Below are positions 13,114 through 25,108 of a stretch of 64,000 bases of DNA, in pieces. The position numbers were made by a program, and so were the translations under genes. How positions within the stretch are numbered: position 1 is the stretch's first letter; the number at the start of each line of letters is the position of its first letter. Under the pieces are notes generated by a model. It ran no database searches. It was not told where the DNA came from and worked only from the letters and a program-made list of their open reading frames with translations. This DNA comes from Octopus sinensis (lineage: Eukaryota): NCBI RefSeq assembly GCF_006345805.1, contig NC_043003.1, positions 50,964,001 through 51,028,000 of the forward strand. The letters run 5' to 3'.

Positions 13114-13185
13114 GATCCCACTGACGAAGTACGGATGACAAATCAATTTATTTGTTCATTAATACAGAAACTCGAGTTTGGGGTT
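13114..13185 (+). ncRNA. Hammerhead-like fold in the 450-bp repeat (further copies at 11808-11875 and 12672-12739, minus strand)
   Basis: GAUCCCA-CUGACGA-A-GUA..AUGACAAAU(CAAUUU)AUUUG.UCAU..UAC-A-GAAA-C(UCGA)G-U-U|UGGGGUU. Intact CUGANGA and GAAA; non-canonical A.A at the base of helix II. Confidence 0.45.
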
Positions 13186-13709
13186 AACTATAAATAATTT
13201 TTTTTTTCATTCTCTTTGGAATTACTCTTTTTCAAGGTTTGTGTTTGGCTGCCCTTTCTAGCATGTAAGGCGTCCTGTCAAGGGTCACCTTTATGTGTAT
13301 AAATATTTATACACTCTTATATATGAAAATACGTTGTCTATTGACGTTTATTACGCGTGCTAGACACCGGTATGAATTTTTTCCTAAATTTTCAACCTTT
13401 ATAATTGTACACATACATAGACATACACATCTATGTATATGTATATATACGCACACATAAATACAGCCATGTATATTATATGTTTGTATATGTATACATA
13501 TATCCAACACACAGACACACACAACACACACAACTTTCATGATATGTTTATGTGTGCATAGGAACTTAAGAATAAATATATCTTTTACTTGTTTCAGTAA
13601 TCGAACAGTATCCTTGCTGAAGCACCGCTTTGAAGGGTTTGGTTGAACAAATTGACCCCAGTACTAAGTTACAGAAACGTAAACAAACCAACACTGGATC
13701 TCCAGCGGT

Positions 13710-13760
<51 letters not shown>

Positions 13761-13844
13761 GACGAGCTTCTTTCAGTTTCCGTTTACTAAATCCACTCAC
13801 AAAGCTTTGGCTGACTGGAGGCTACAGCAACCATTCTGTTCAAT

Positions 13845-14270
13845 ACCACAGATTTGCTCGTCAGTTGCTTGACTAACCTTGAGTATGTCCCTTAGTGGCT
13901 GACAATATGTGCATCTCTGATCAGGAGCAGAAGTAGTGGGGGAGCCTCATAGCCATGTGTTGAGAGGAAGTTTTTCGGGTTTGGATAATTCACCTCTGGA
14001 AACAAGGGCGTTTTGTTCATCATCCTTAAACAAACCTTATTCGGGGACCTTTTGAGCGGGATAGGCTACTCGACCTGAAGAAAATTCTAACTGAGCCCCA
14101 CCTGCAAAGTCATGCCTGTTTATCTTGATATGAGATCACTATGTCGCGCACATATTGTTGTGATGCATGTGCCTGGTGTACCCTTATCAGACGGGCAGCC
14201 ATGATGAATATACTGGGCTTCGTATATTTTACTCCAATGTCACTTTGATGGCATGCACTGCTCTCTCACT
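13845..14270 (+). mobile_element. Non-LTR element 3' end, family F (second copy 43453-43910, minus strand)
   Basis: The two copies are reverse-complement homologues (GGCTACTCGACCTGAAGAAAATTCTAACT; GCATGC.CTGCTCTCTCACT). The 43-kb copy ends in a (TAA)n tail. Clade unverified; R4/Dong is possible. Confidence 0.6.
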
Positions 14271-15825
14271 CATACATACATACATACATAGCAAAATCCT
14301 CTTGGAAGAGCCCTTTTGGCCACTTGAAAATACGAAAACCGCTGATATAAGTTTTTATTTATTCCTTAAATGTGTTAAAATTCTCATTGCACAACTAGGA
14401 CCTTGTCACAAACGCAATTCCATTGTAACTGTCTGATTTATTGTATATAACCACCTATAATTTTCAGCGTTTTCGTTTTCCATTGTACTTACCGACAGAA
14501 TCAACGTGACATATATGTGTAGAAATATTGTACCTTCTGAATCATGAATACAATCCACACGAAGGGCTTCTATGCAGGTTCCGTCCCCTCAATTTCACAC
14601 ACAAGATATGGACTGAACTTAGGGCATGGAAAATAGCATTAGCTTCAACATGAAACTCACTAACTCCGAACCCGAGATCTTGTAGTTGCTAAGCGAACTT
14701 TCTTACCTACAGTGTGTGTGTGTGCGTGTGTGTGTGCACGCGTACGTGTGTGTATAAATAAGAAAGGCAACATAATACAAGTACAAATACTTCACAAATA
14801 GCTTAACAATATACAAAACCAAAACCGAGAAAACGGTTACTCTTCTATTTGGATATCTACGACTACTACCTTTCGATAACTAAACATATCCTTGTTGATG
14901 TTATCATCTTTGCTAAGCATTTCATGCATTTGAACTCACTTGAAAAGGAAGCTATTCTATAAACAAAAATTCTCTCTTTTTTTTATAATAATTTTAAATG
15001 GATAAAACACTCTGTTATTACCATGGGATCTAAGCATTCTGTGTTGGCTAGAGTTTTTGATAGCATCTATATCATACAGGCATTAAAATTAAATTCCCGT
15101 TACTTTAGAACAGTCGAAGTTCTGCTTCTCTCAAAAAACTATAAAACCAAAATCTAATGATTCGTTTTAGATAAAAATCAACATTCACGCCCTTTGTAAT
15201 GATTTAAGTTTTAAAATAACATTTGAGCAACGCCTTAAAATAGGGAAATTTCTAGAGGCAACTGGTAGAATCATTTTATTTTTTTCATCTTATAAGCACA
15301 TCATTCTGCTTCATCTAAATATAAACATGCCATACACACTAGAAACATTGTAACTGTATCTTCTCTCTCACACACTTTTCTCCTTACTCGTGTATTTTGC
15401 TAAGCACGTATGTACTATCATCTCTTCGTCTGTCTTTGTCCCGTAACCTTTATAACTATGCTCTTTCATTGAAAACGTTGTGTGTGTGTGTGTGCAAAGA
15501 CAGAGAAAGAGAGAGAGAGGAAGGCAGGAGTACTTTTGGGTACGACATCGGCCAACGGAGCAGCAACGGACTGCGAGCTACCGTTGTGTGCCGGCGAGTG
15601 GAGACTGTTGCAGGAATGCGGCGGAAGACGCGATAACGACGTCTTCAGGACGAAAATGCAATCCCAGCGGCGGTGGACGATGAGGCCACATGTATGACAG
15701 CAAGGCGGAGGCGAGGAATCCGAGCATGCGAAACGACAAACGAATGGAGCTACTGCTGTCAACGACGGCGCAGAGCAGGTGAGCACAAACGAACGAGCAA
15801 GCGAGTTCGAGAGTGTTTGCGCTTA

Positions 15826-15933
15826 TCTAGTATATATAAATCACAGTATGTATGTGTATAATGACTAACGCATACATTTCCACAATTCTCAACCGATTTT
15901 TACCAAACTTTACGCACACATTACTTGTATCCC
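15826..15933 (+). mobile_element. Non-autonomous Helitron 5' end, truncated
   Basis: A|TCTAGTATATATAAA..CAG, then a microsatellite, then TCAACCGATTTTTACCAAACTTTACGCACACAT; same layout as the 5' end of the 51234-51700 Helitron. Confidence 0.6.
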
Positions 15934-16208
15934 AAGAATATCCGGGCAAGGTTGTTTATGGAAGACCAGCAGTCGCCCATGCATACCGGCCTTCCCTCTC
16001 CACGCCACCAGTGTTATCCAAGGGAAAGGCACAGGCCGATACAGCTTGGCACCTGTGACGTCGCAACTCATTTCTTCAGCTGAGTGAACTGGAGCAACGT
16101 GAAATAAAGTGTATTGCCCAAGATCACAACACGCAGCCCAGTCCGGGATTCGAACTCACAACCTCACCATCGTAAGCTCGCTCTAACCACTGAGACATGC
16201 GCCTTCAC
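15934..16208 (-). mobile_element. SINE family D head and body with a different tail
   Basis: Minus strand GTGAAGGCGCATGTCTCAGTGGTTAGAGC...GAGTTCGAATCCCGG, TTTATTTCACGTTGCTCCAGTTCACTCAGC. Confidence 0.8.
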
Positions 16209-16279
16209 AATATATATATATACATATATACATATACATATATATATATATAATATATACATATATTATATATATATAT

Positions 16280-16345
<66 letters not shown>

Positions 16346-16581
16346 ATATATACATATATTATATATATATACATATATTATATATATATACATATATATA
16401 TTATATATATACATATATATATATATACATATATATATAATATATATATACATATATACATATATTATATATATACATATATATATATATATAATATATA
16501 TATACATATAATATATACATATATATATATACATATATATACATATATTATATACATATATATATATATATATACATATAC
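16209..16581. repeat. Degenerate (TA)n microsatellite
   Basis: Almost pure A/T with occasional C. Confidence 0.95.
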
Positions 16582-17603
16582 ATCTACATAAATGATATTA
16601 CTGATACCATCAAACACAGTAACATCAGAACCTTCGCTGATGACTCCAAGCTCCAGAAGGTCATCAATGGCGTGGATGACCGAATAAACCTTCAGTCAGA
16701 CCTACTGGCTGTTGTCCAATGGGCGGAAAAGAATAACATGTTGCTAAATGAAGACAAATTTGAACTGATCCACTTTGGAAGGGAGGACGCTCTGAAACTA
16801 CCATACTCTCTTCCTTCTGGAGAAATTCTCATGGCATCCAACAACATCAGAGACCTGGGAGTAACAGTGGACAACAACATAAGCTGGGCTACACATATAA
16901 ACAGCAAAGTTGACATGGCCCGCAGAATGTGTTCCTGGATTCTCAGAACCTTCCAGTCGAGAGATTCCCACGCTATTATCCTTCTCTTCTCCACTTTTGC
17001 CCGACCCCACCTTGAATACTGCTGTCCACTGTGGTCTCCCTACACAAAACAAAATATTATGAGAATTGAAGCTCCCCAAGGTCAATCACAAAAAAGATAG
17101 ATGGCATGTCAGACCTTGACTACTGGGGTAGACTAGAGAAGCTGAAATTGTATTCACTCCAACGACGCCGTGAACGCTACATTATCTGTATGATGTGGAA
17201 AATATTCCACCAGCACTGTCCGAATGATGTTGGCATCACCTTCAAAATGCATCCAAGGCTTGGACCACGTGCCATCCGTCCACAACAAAAATCTAAATCG
17301 CATAACATAACGACAATACGGCACAACTATTTCACCTCAATTGGACCTGCTCTCTTCAACATTACACCAGGGCACGTCAAAAAAACTGACCACACAAAAT
17401 TCAAGAAGTCTTTGGACAAATTCCTTCAAACAGTACCGGACAAACCACCCACACCCGGATATGTCTCCGCAAACAATAACTCTCTGCTCGAATGGGCCTT
17501 GGTGCCAAAATCCTGAACTGAAAGACTTTACCAGGTGGTGCTATTAAGTTAGACATGGCCTGGGCCAATACTGGCCAAAACCTTTCTAAGTTATTCTAAG
17601 TTA
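16582..17603 (+). mobile_element. 5'-truncated CR1-group LINE (RT C-terminus and 3' UTR), one frameshift
   Basis: IYINDI..RTFADDSKL, RDLGVTVD, RPHLEYCCPLWSP, YWGRLEKLKLYSLQRRRER; frameshift near 17085-17100; 3' end (TTCTAAGTTA)2. Confidence 0.9.
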
Positions 17604-17684
17604 TATATATATATACATATATATATATACATATATATATACATATATATATACATATATATATATATATAAATATATATATAC

Positions 17685-17776
<92 letters not shown>

Positions 17777-17821
17777 CATATATATATACTATATATATAT
17801 ATATATACATATATTATATAC

Positions 17822-17852
<31 letters not shown>

Positions 17853-17872
17853 CATATACAATATATATATAC

Positions 17873-17926
<54 letters not shown>

Positions 17927-17940
17927 CATACATATACAAA
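17604..17940. repeat. Degenerate (TA)n microsatellite
   Basis: Low-complexity TA/TACA. Confidence 0.95.
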
Positions 17941-17974
17941 AATATGCATAGAGATAATCACATAGATATATACA

Positions 17975-18123
17975 ACTGGCTTCTTTCAGTTTCCGTCAAT
18001 CAAATTCACTCACACGGCTTTGGTAGGCCCGAGGTTATAGTAGAAGATACTTGCCCTAGGTGCCACGCGGTGGGACTGAACCGAGACCATGTGGTTGCTG
18101 CTTGCCACACAGCCATGCCTACG
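17975..18123 (-). mobile_element. SINE family B head
   Basis: GGCTTCTTTCAGTTTCCGTC...CACTTGCCC-like...CACACAGCCATGCCTACGC. Confidence 0.75.
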
Positions 18124-19011
18124 CTCATAAATTGATTATTTTTATCTACTTCTTTAGTTTTACTTACTTCTTATCATTTCTATAATTGTTTTATTTTAAG
18201 TTTCTTTTTCGTTTGTTTTCTCATATTTTTTATTTAAATCTTTTTTTTGTTTCTTGTTTTTATTGGGTTTTTTGTTTGTGCTTTTTTCCTCAACTTTAAT
18301 CTTTTGTCGCAATAGTTATTTAATATTACGAAACTTTTTTCATCCTAACGTATCTTCGAATGCTTCTGCTGGAATTCATTTCTAATCACTTTCGACATTT
18401 TCGCATTCTTCCTACTAATATTTCTTTTCAAAGTCTTCAACTAATGTTCTTTACACTGACTTCAACATTTGATCAATTCAAACATAAAACTCATATTTTA
18501 ATCATATTAATAAATGTTGGGCTTGATTCATATTTATCTCCCTTCCGTTATACATCTTCTTTATTTCTAAACTATTTTTGGTATCCCCTTATCTCTTTAT
18601 GTGCTTTAAGCAAGTTATTAATTTGAAACATCATTTTTAAGCCATGCATCTTTCTACCCAAACAATACACTTTAGATTTACTATCTCCACAATGAGAATT
18701 TCATCTCATTCTTTTTATTTTAACTTTACTCTCATTTTTTATTTTTTTAATGTTTCTTTTCCATATTTAGCGGTTATATTGTCTCATTTATCTGTTACAT
18801 TATACCTTTCAACTCTTATCTTGGATGAACGTCTTAAAAATAGACCCCTCTTAGCTTTTTTTTTTCCAATATAACAAGTAATTCTTTGGTTTCGTAACCA
18901 CACACTCACATATATATATATTTAAATTTGCTCATAAAGACCCTTTTTCTCCTAAGAAGAGAATTCTTTTTTGTAACTATCGATTATTCGTTTTCCAATG
19001 TCGTGTTACTC

Positions 19012-19227
19012 TTTTATTTGTTTCAGTCATTTGACTGCGGCCATGCTGGAGCACCGCCTTTAGTCGAACATATCGACTCCAGGACTTATCCTTTGCAAGC
19101 CTAGTACTTATTCTATGGGTCTCTTTTGCCGAACCGCTAAGTTACGGGGACGTAAACACATCGGCATCGGTTGTCAAGCGATGGGGAGAAGACACAGACA
19201 CGCACACATATATAAATACATATATAC

Positions 19228-19284
<57 letters not shown>

Positions 19285-19391
19285 CTGCTCGCTTAGCCGG
19301 CGGGGTGGCGTAATTTGAAGGATAAAACATTGCGAACGCATTGTGACCAGCGATGTGTTGCAACATCTGATGGTCTGGTCGGTCACGTGAT

Positions 19392-19433
<42 letters not shown>

Positions 19434-19590
19434 GACGAACTTCTTTCAGTTTTTGTCTATCAAATCCACTCACAAGACTTTGGCTGGCCCGAGGTTATAG
19501 TAGAAGACACTTGCCCAATGTGTCACGCAGTGGGACTGAACCCGATACCTAATGGCTGCTGAGTGAGCTACTTAACCACACACACATGCC
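19012..19590 (-). mobile_element. SINE family B interrupted at its internal (TA)n by a family C tail module
   Basis: B tail at 19012-19200, B head at 19430-19590, and a plus-strand C tail at 19281-19399 between them. Confidence 0.8.
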
Positions 19591-19661
19591 TAACTTTCTG
19601 TCCTTTCGCTAATAAATTTGAAATTTCTTCAAAATCAAACCATCGATTTCTTTTCTCTTGT

Positions 19662-19704
19662 TAGGTCGAATGATTACTTAAAGTTTAAGTAATCATTCGA
19701 CCTA
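19662..19704. repeat. Perfect 43-bp palindrome (21-bp arms, 1-nt centre)
   Basis: TAGGTCGAATGATTACTTAAA-G-TTTAAGTAATCATTCGACCTA. Confidence 0.95.
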
Positions 19705-20593
19705 GGTATGGAAAAAAAGTCCTAAAAATAATTCTTAAACTATCCCCATTATAGCTAATAACCCACGCTTTTACTTTTCACATAATATCATCAGATTCGT
19801 CAATTATGCCTTTATATATTTCCAGTTCTCATTTTCAAACTGCATTTCCTTTTACTTGATCATTTTCTCTGTTTATTTAAAGTTTATTAGAATGTACATA
19901 AGTTCTATCTATTGTATGATTTTGGAGCTATGATCACCAATATATTTTTGAAATTTCTTCACTTTCTTATAAACATTTACATAAGTTGACTTTTATAACC
20001 TTGGCATACTTTTATATACAATTATATATTTAAATTTTGCTTCTATTATTAATTGTGTTTATATATTTATATTTTAAGATTTATCTCTTTGTTTTCTCCC
20101 TAAATATATACACAATTTATTGTATTGCTTCTCCTCATATATTTTTTGCTCTGTACATTCTATATTTATTTAAATACGGTATTCTGTATATAAGCGTCTT
20201 GTGTATATAGGCGTATGTAGGCCTAAGTCTTATATGTTTATTTCCGTATTCACACACACATACACACACACACACATATTTGCGTGTGTGAGTATGTGTT
20301 TAATTAGAGAAAGAAAGGGGGTTTGTTTGTTACATATATATTTATACGTTTCAATAGCTATATCAGAATAATATATATAAACCTGGCGGGTGTTTGTGTC
20401 TTTATCTATGAATTGTTTTGTAGGAGTTGTATGAATTGACATTTCTATATGCTAATTCTCATAGCTATTGATATAATCTGTTAATATTGCCTATAGAGGT
20501 ATGTTGAGATAAATATATTCAATATATACTTATGTTTATAAACGTAAATTGTTCATTACTTGTATTTGAAGGTTAGCAATCAGTTGTATACTC

Positions 20594-20689
<96 letters not shown>

Positions 20690-20848
20690 TATATATCATG
20701 TATTATAGATATGTGTGTGTGTACGTGTGCGAGTCTTTTACCTTTTATATTCTACTTATTTCAGTCATAGGGCTGCGGTCACGCTGGGGCCCCACTTGGA
20801 AGGGTTGAATCAAACAAATCGACCCTAGTATTTTTCTAATGTGGTATT

Positions 20849-21208
20849 GTGGAGGCAAAATGGCCCAGTTGTCAGGGCAACGGACTCGCGTTCGTAGGAT
20901 CGCGGTTTCGATTCTCAGACCGGGAGTTGTGAGTGTTTATTGAGCGAAAACACCTAAAGCTCTACGAGGCTCCGGTGAACCCTGCTGTACTCTTCCACCA
21001 CAACTTTCTCTCACTCTTTCTTCCTGTTGTACCTATATTTCAAAGGGCCGGCCTTGTCACACTCGGTGTCACGCTGAATCTTCCCGAGAACTATGTTACG
21101 AGTACACGTGTCTGTGGAGTGCTCAGCCACTTGCACGTTAATTTCTCGTGCAGGCTGTTCGGCTGGTCGGTTCAACTGGAACCCTCGTCGTCGTAACCGA
21201 CGGAGTGC
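20849..21208 (+). mobile_element. Chimeric SINE: family C head with family D tail
   Basis: C head to CTCTCTCACTCTTTCTTCCTGTT, then GTCTGTGGAGTGCTCAGCCACTTGCACG...TCGTAACCGACGGAGTGC. Confidence 0.75.
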
Positions 21209-21329
21209 TACGAAATATTGTTTTATGAGTCCCTAGCAGAACCGCTAATTTAAAGGAACATAAAACCAATACCGGTTATCAAACGGGAGAGGGTGGGACA
21301 CATATACTCATGTATATATTTATTTGACA

Positions 21330-21560
21330 TGTAGAATTGTTAATCCGGACACGTTTTTTATTTCTCTCTCTCTCCGTTTATTATTTTTTTCTCCATTTTC
21401 TTTTCTCGTTTTTTCTGTCGAAGAGCGGAGGTTCGAAACGTCAAAGACTTTTCCACTTCGCCTGAGCGTCAAACTAATACACCTTTTTTGATATTCCTTC
21501 ACCTGTCTCTGCCTTTCTTTTTTTGTACATTTGAGCCATATAGAAATAAGTTCATCATCA
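21330..21560 (+). mobile_element. Penelope-like pseudo-LTR fragment with minimal hammerhead motif (21411-21447)
   Basis: CUGUCGA-A-GAGC(GGAG)GUUC-GAAAC-GUC|AAAG followed by CCTGAGCGTC; homologous to 28722-28915. Confidence 0.55.
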
Positions 21561-24488
21561 TCCGAAAAGTGCTTCCTCTTCAAAAAAGACTTCATGGTTG
21601 GAAAGAGGTGGAAGTCAGATGGAGCGTATGCATAAATCTAACATTATATGTATGTCTGTGAGTCAGTATGTGTGCCTCTATTTTACAAACAGAACTTAGT
21701 AAGTATCGTGAGTAGATAAGAAATTATCTAATTTGGCCAGTCAAACCTCAAACTGTTAGAAATCTCAAATCTCATCAAGCACGTTTCATCTCAGTTCACA
21801 CTTTATTATCAGTCTAGCGTTTGGGTGAGGTACGCTAGATCTACGTCGTTCGACGATAAGAATTTAGTTGTTTCCTCAATAGAATTGCCTGCCCCTGAAT
21901 TAAAGAGTAATTGGTTGATTATTCCGCAGATATATGTGTCCTTAATGTAATTAAGTCATGCACAATCAGACAGACACACTACAGGACAAGACTGTACAGT
22001 TTGAACTACAAGTACAATCCACGGACAGGCTTATATACAGTTTCTGTCAATAAGATTTAACACTCAATGTATGGGTCGACACGAGGCTACAGAAAATGAC
22101 ATTTGCCCAAGATGTCACGCAGAGGGATGGAACCCACAATCGCATGATTGCGAAGAGAACTTCTTAAACATTTTGTCATGCTGTGAGGTATATATAACAA
22201 CAAAGATGGCAGACATAATATGGTTTTACGTCTGGCTAGCCCAAAACTCGCGCTAGTGTGATGTCAATATGAGATACAGTTATAATAATGCAAAAATAAA
22301 AAGTAGATTATTAAAAGGAGATAAGCCAAATACAGTTAATGGCTTCGAGCGTTATTTTTAATAAAATCATTCTCAAGACTGTAAATGCTTATTTTCAAGT
22401 ATCTATAAACTAAAACAGAGTGAAATAAAGTAAATAAATAAATAAATATAAAGGGGGTTATTTATACAAGGCTATTGTTATATGGAGTGAATTCGCGCTT
22501 TATTCGAGGGGTGGACTTTTCGATGTCCATGCATTCAAATAGGGACTCTGTGTAAAGCACCTGTTTAAGAAAACATAGATGAGTTTCTTAGTTCTAAAAT
22601 GTTAGTGGGATAACGCTGAAGGTGTATGACCTAGTGGTTAAAGTGTTAGATGCAGGAACATAATACCGTGGGTACAATTCCAAGACGGAGATGCACGTTA
22701 TGTCCTTGAGCAAAGCATCTCATTTCGCGTTACCCCCGTCTAGTCAATTGAAAATGAGTACCAAGGCAAGTGCTGATGCAGCATTCAGTTTCTCCCTCTC
22801 ACTAGATATGCCGAAGGGTCAAAGGGTGGGTTAAGTCGAATGGGTGTCTATATCTGCTCACAACTACATAGGCGCCTAATAAAATCAGCGAGAGCTTGTC
22901 AGATGTTACCAAGCCATACTTGTTCGTGATGGCTGGCTCTCGGTGGTATGGTGGCTAAGGTATATCCTGATCGGCTTTCCTTGTAGACTATACGAGTTCG
23001 TAGCAGTTTGTGGCTTATATATGTGCTAGTCCGGTGTGGTATTTTCACTCCTACGAACGACTATTCACTATGTTCCATTGCTTAGAGTTTATAAGAAATC
23101 ATAATTTATTAGATATCAACATGTACAATCACCATATGATTGGAAAGCAATTGCTTACTGTTGTTAAAAATCCACTTGCGCGTACCCGGTGTTTTTATTC
23201 TGGGAGGAACGGGGATTAGAGAGGTTTATGCAGGGTATGAGAATAAGTTAGAAGATATGTTAGTAAGGGGTATCATGAAGTATGAGCACGGCTTTGCAAT
23301 AAGGAGAAGGATGAAGTATAGTATATTTAATACCCAGGTTTCGAAGTTATCAAAATAATCGGGGTTCCCAGGACGCATGTTTGGGTGGACGTGGAATGGG
23401 GCGGAAGATGTGGTAAAAAATGGAGAAGCTGTCCCAATAAGAAACTTCTACATCTAGTGGCTAACAGAGAAGTCCTAAAGAATATTAAGAAGAATGAATA
23501 TGAATGCATTCTACTTTGAGAAAGGTATGTCCATTACTGCCATAGATGATTAGTTTAATTTCATTTCAAATATAAAATGTCCACTTAAGTTAAAGACGTG
23601 GTAAGATTCCAAAATAAGTTTATTAAAAAATTAGCAAACCAATATTTTCCAAATGAATTGATATTTGCCACCCTTCCAAAATTCCAGCAAACTATTTTTG
23701 AAAACTAACATAACCAAGAAACTGACAGAAACACTTATAATAGACTTTTATCATAAGAGATTATTATAAGAAAACAAAACTGTGACATAAAAAAAAAGTA
23801 TTCAAATATTATAATGATTTTATATACTGATAAAACACTACCTATTCCGTAAACCAAATGAATATATTAATTGTATAAGCAGAGGCTCTAACAATTCGCT
23901 GCAGTTATTAATTATATCACAGGCACTATCAATTGATACATTTCCAATATTTCTTCAGATAAAAAGTTCGATAAGACCGACTTACACTACAACAATCTGC
24001 TGAAGAGATGTGGTTTCGATATGAAAAATTAATTCGACAGTTAATTAGAATTAATTAGACAGATCAATAGAGATAGCCTTTAGGTTTCATATGGTGCAGC
24101 TCAGACAGCATTTGCTAGACAACGACAGCTTAAATAAATACATCAACCAAGTGCTCAAAAGTAAAGAGAACAGCATACTAAAGAGAGGTAGCGAACTCAA
24201 CAAAAATTCATTTCCTAGGGGCGTACCATTCTACCCCAGAATTGTTGGACTAACATATGTCACAAAGAGTCACTACAGAAACACTGCATAAAGCACAAAG
24301 AGGTTATATTTAGCTGTTTCCAGTATGCTCCAAAGAAATACTAATAGTTTTTTTTTTTCTAATTTTGGCACAAGGCCAACAATTTTGAGGAGAAAGGGTT
24401 AATCGATACCATCGATCCCAGTACTTTATAATATAGAATCCGAAATGAGAAAAAGTAAAATTGATTACGGCTGAATTTGACCTTTATA

Positions 24489-24926
24489 GGCGTAGGAGTG
24501 GCTGTGTGGTAAGTAGCTTGCTTACGAGCCACATGTTTCCGGGTTCAGTCCCACTGCGTGACACATTGGGCAAGTGTCTTCTACTATAGCCTCGGGCCGA
24601 CCGAAGCCTTATGAGTGGATTTGGTAGACGGAAACTGAAAGAAGCCCATCGTATATATGTATGTATATGTATATGTGTGTGTGTGTGTGTATGTGTGTGT
24701 GCGTGTGTGCGTGTATATGTTTGTGTGTCTGTGTTTGTCCCCCAACATCGCTTGACAACCGATGCTGGTGTGTTTACATCCCTGTAACTTAGCAGTTCAG
24801 CAAAGGAGACCGATAGAATAAGTACTAGGCTTACAAAGAATAAGTCCTGGGGTCGATTTGCTCGACTCAAAAAAAGAGCCGGTGCTCCGGCATAGCCGCA
24901 GTCAAATGACTGAAACAAGTAAAAGA
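24489..24926 (+). mobile_element. SINE family B, full length
   Basis: GGCGTAGGAGTGGCTGTGTGGTAAG, GGGTTCAGTCCC, internal TA/TG tract, tail CAGTCAAATGACTGAAACAAGTAAAAGA. Confidence 0.85.
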
Positions 24927-25108
24927 GCTTACATTATTTCACATCTTAATGATTACACTTCGCAATCCAAGTACTAGAGATAGCTTCCAAATCCTAACGT
25001 AAAAAAATAAAGCGAGAGTAAATCTCTTAAACTTTAAGATCGGCCGACGATGTCAGTTATACCACATTTCTCTGGAAGATATACGTGAATAGCTGCTGCC
25101 CAGAAAAT

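Larger units (their letters stand above)
11660..13410. repeat. ~450-bp unit repeat: two tandem copies, a partial copy and one inverted copy
   Basis: The block CCAAACTCGAGTTTCTGTATTAATGAACAAATAAA..ATTTGTCATCCGTACTTCGTCAG occurs at ~11808 and ~12672, and as its reverse complement at ~13121-13181. Confidence 0.9.

Noticed and set aside
16114-17961. Long Y/I/M/C-rich ORFs (also at 30-31, 34, 39, 48, 52 and 56-57 kb)
   Set aside because: Translations of (TA)n, (CA)n, (TACA)n and (GATA)n microsatellites, not genes.
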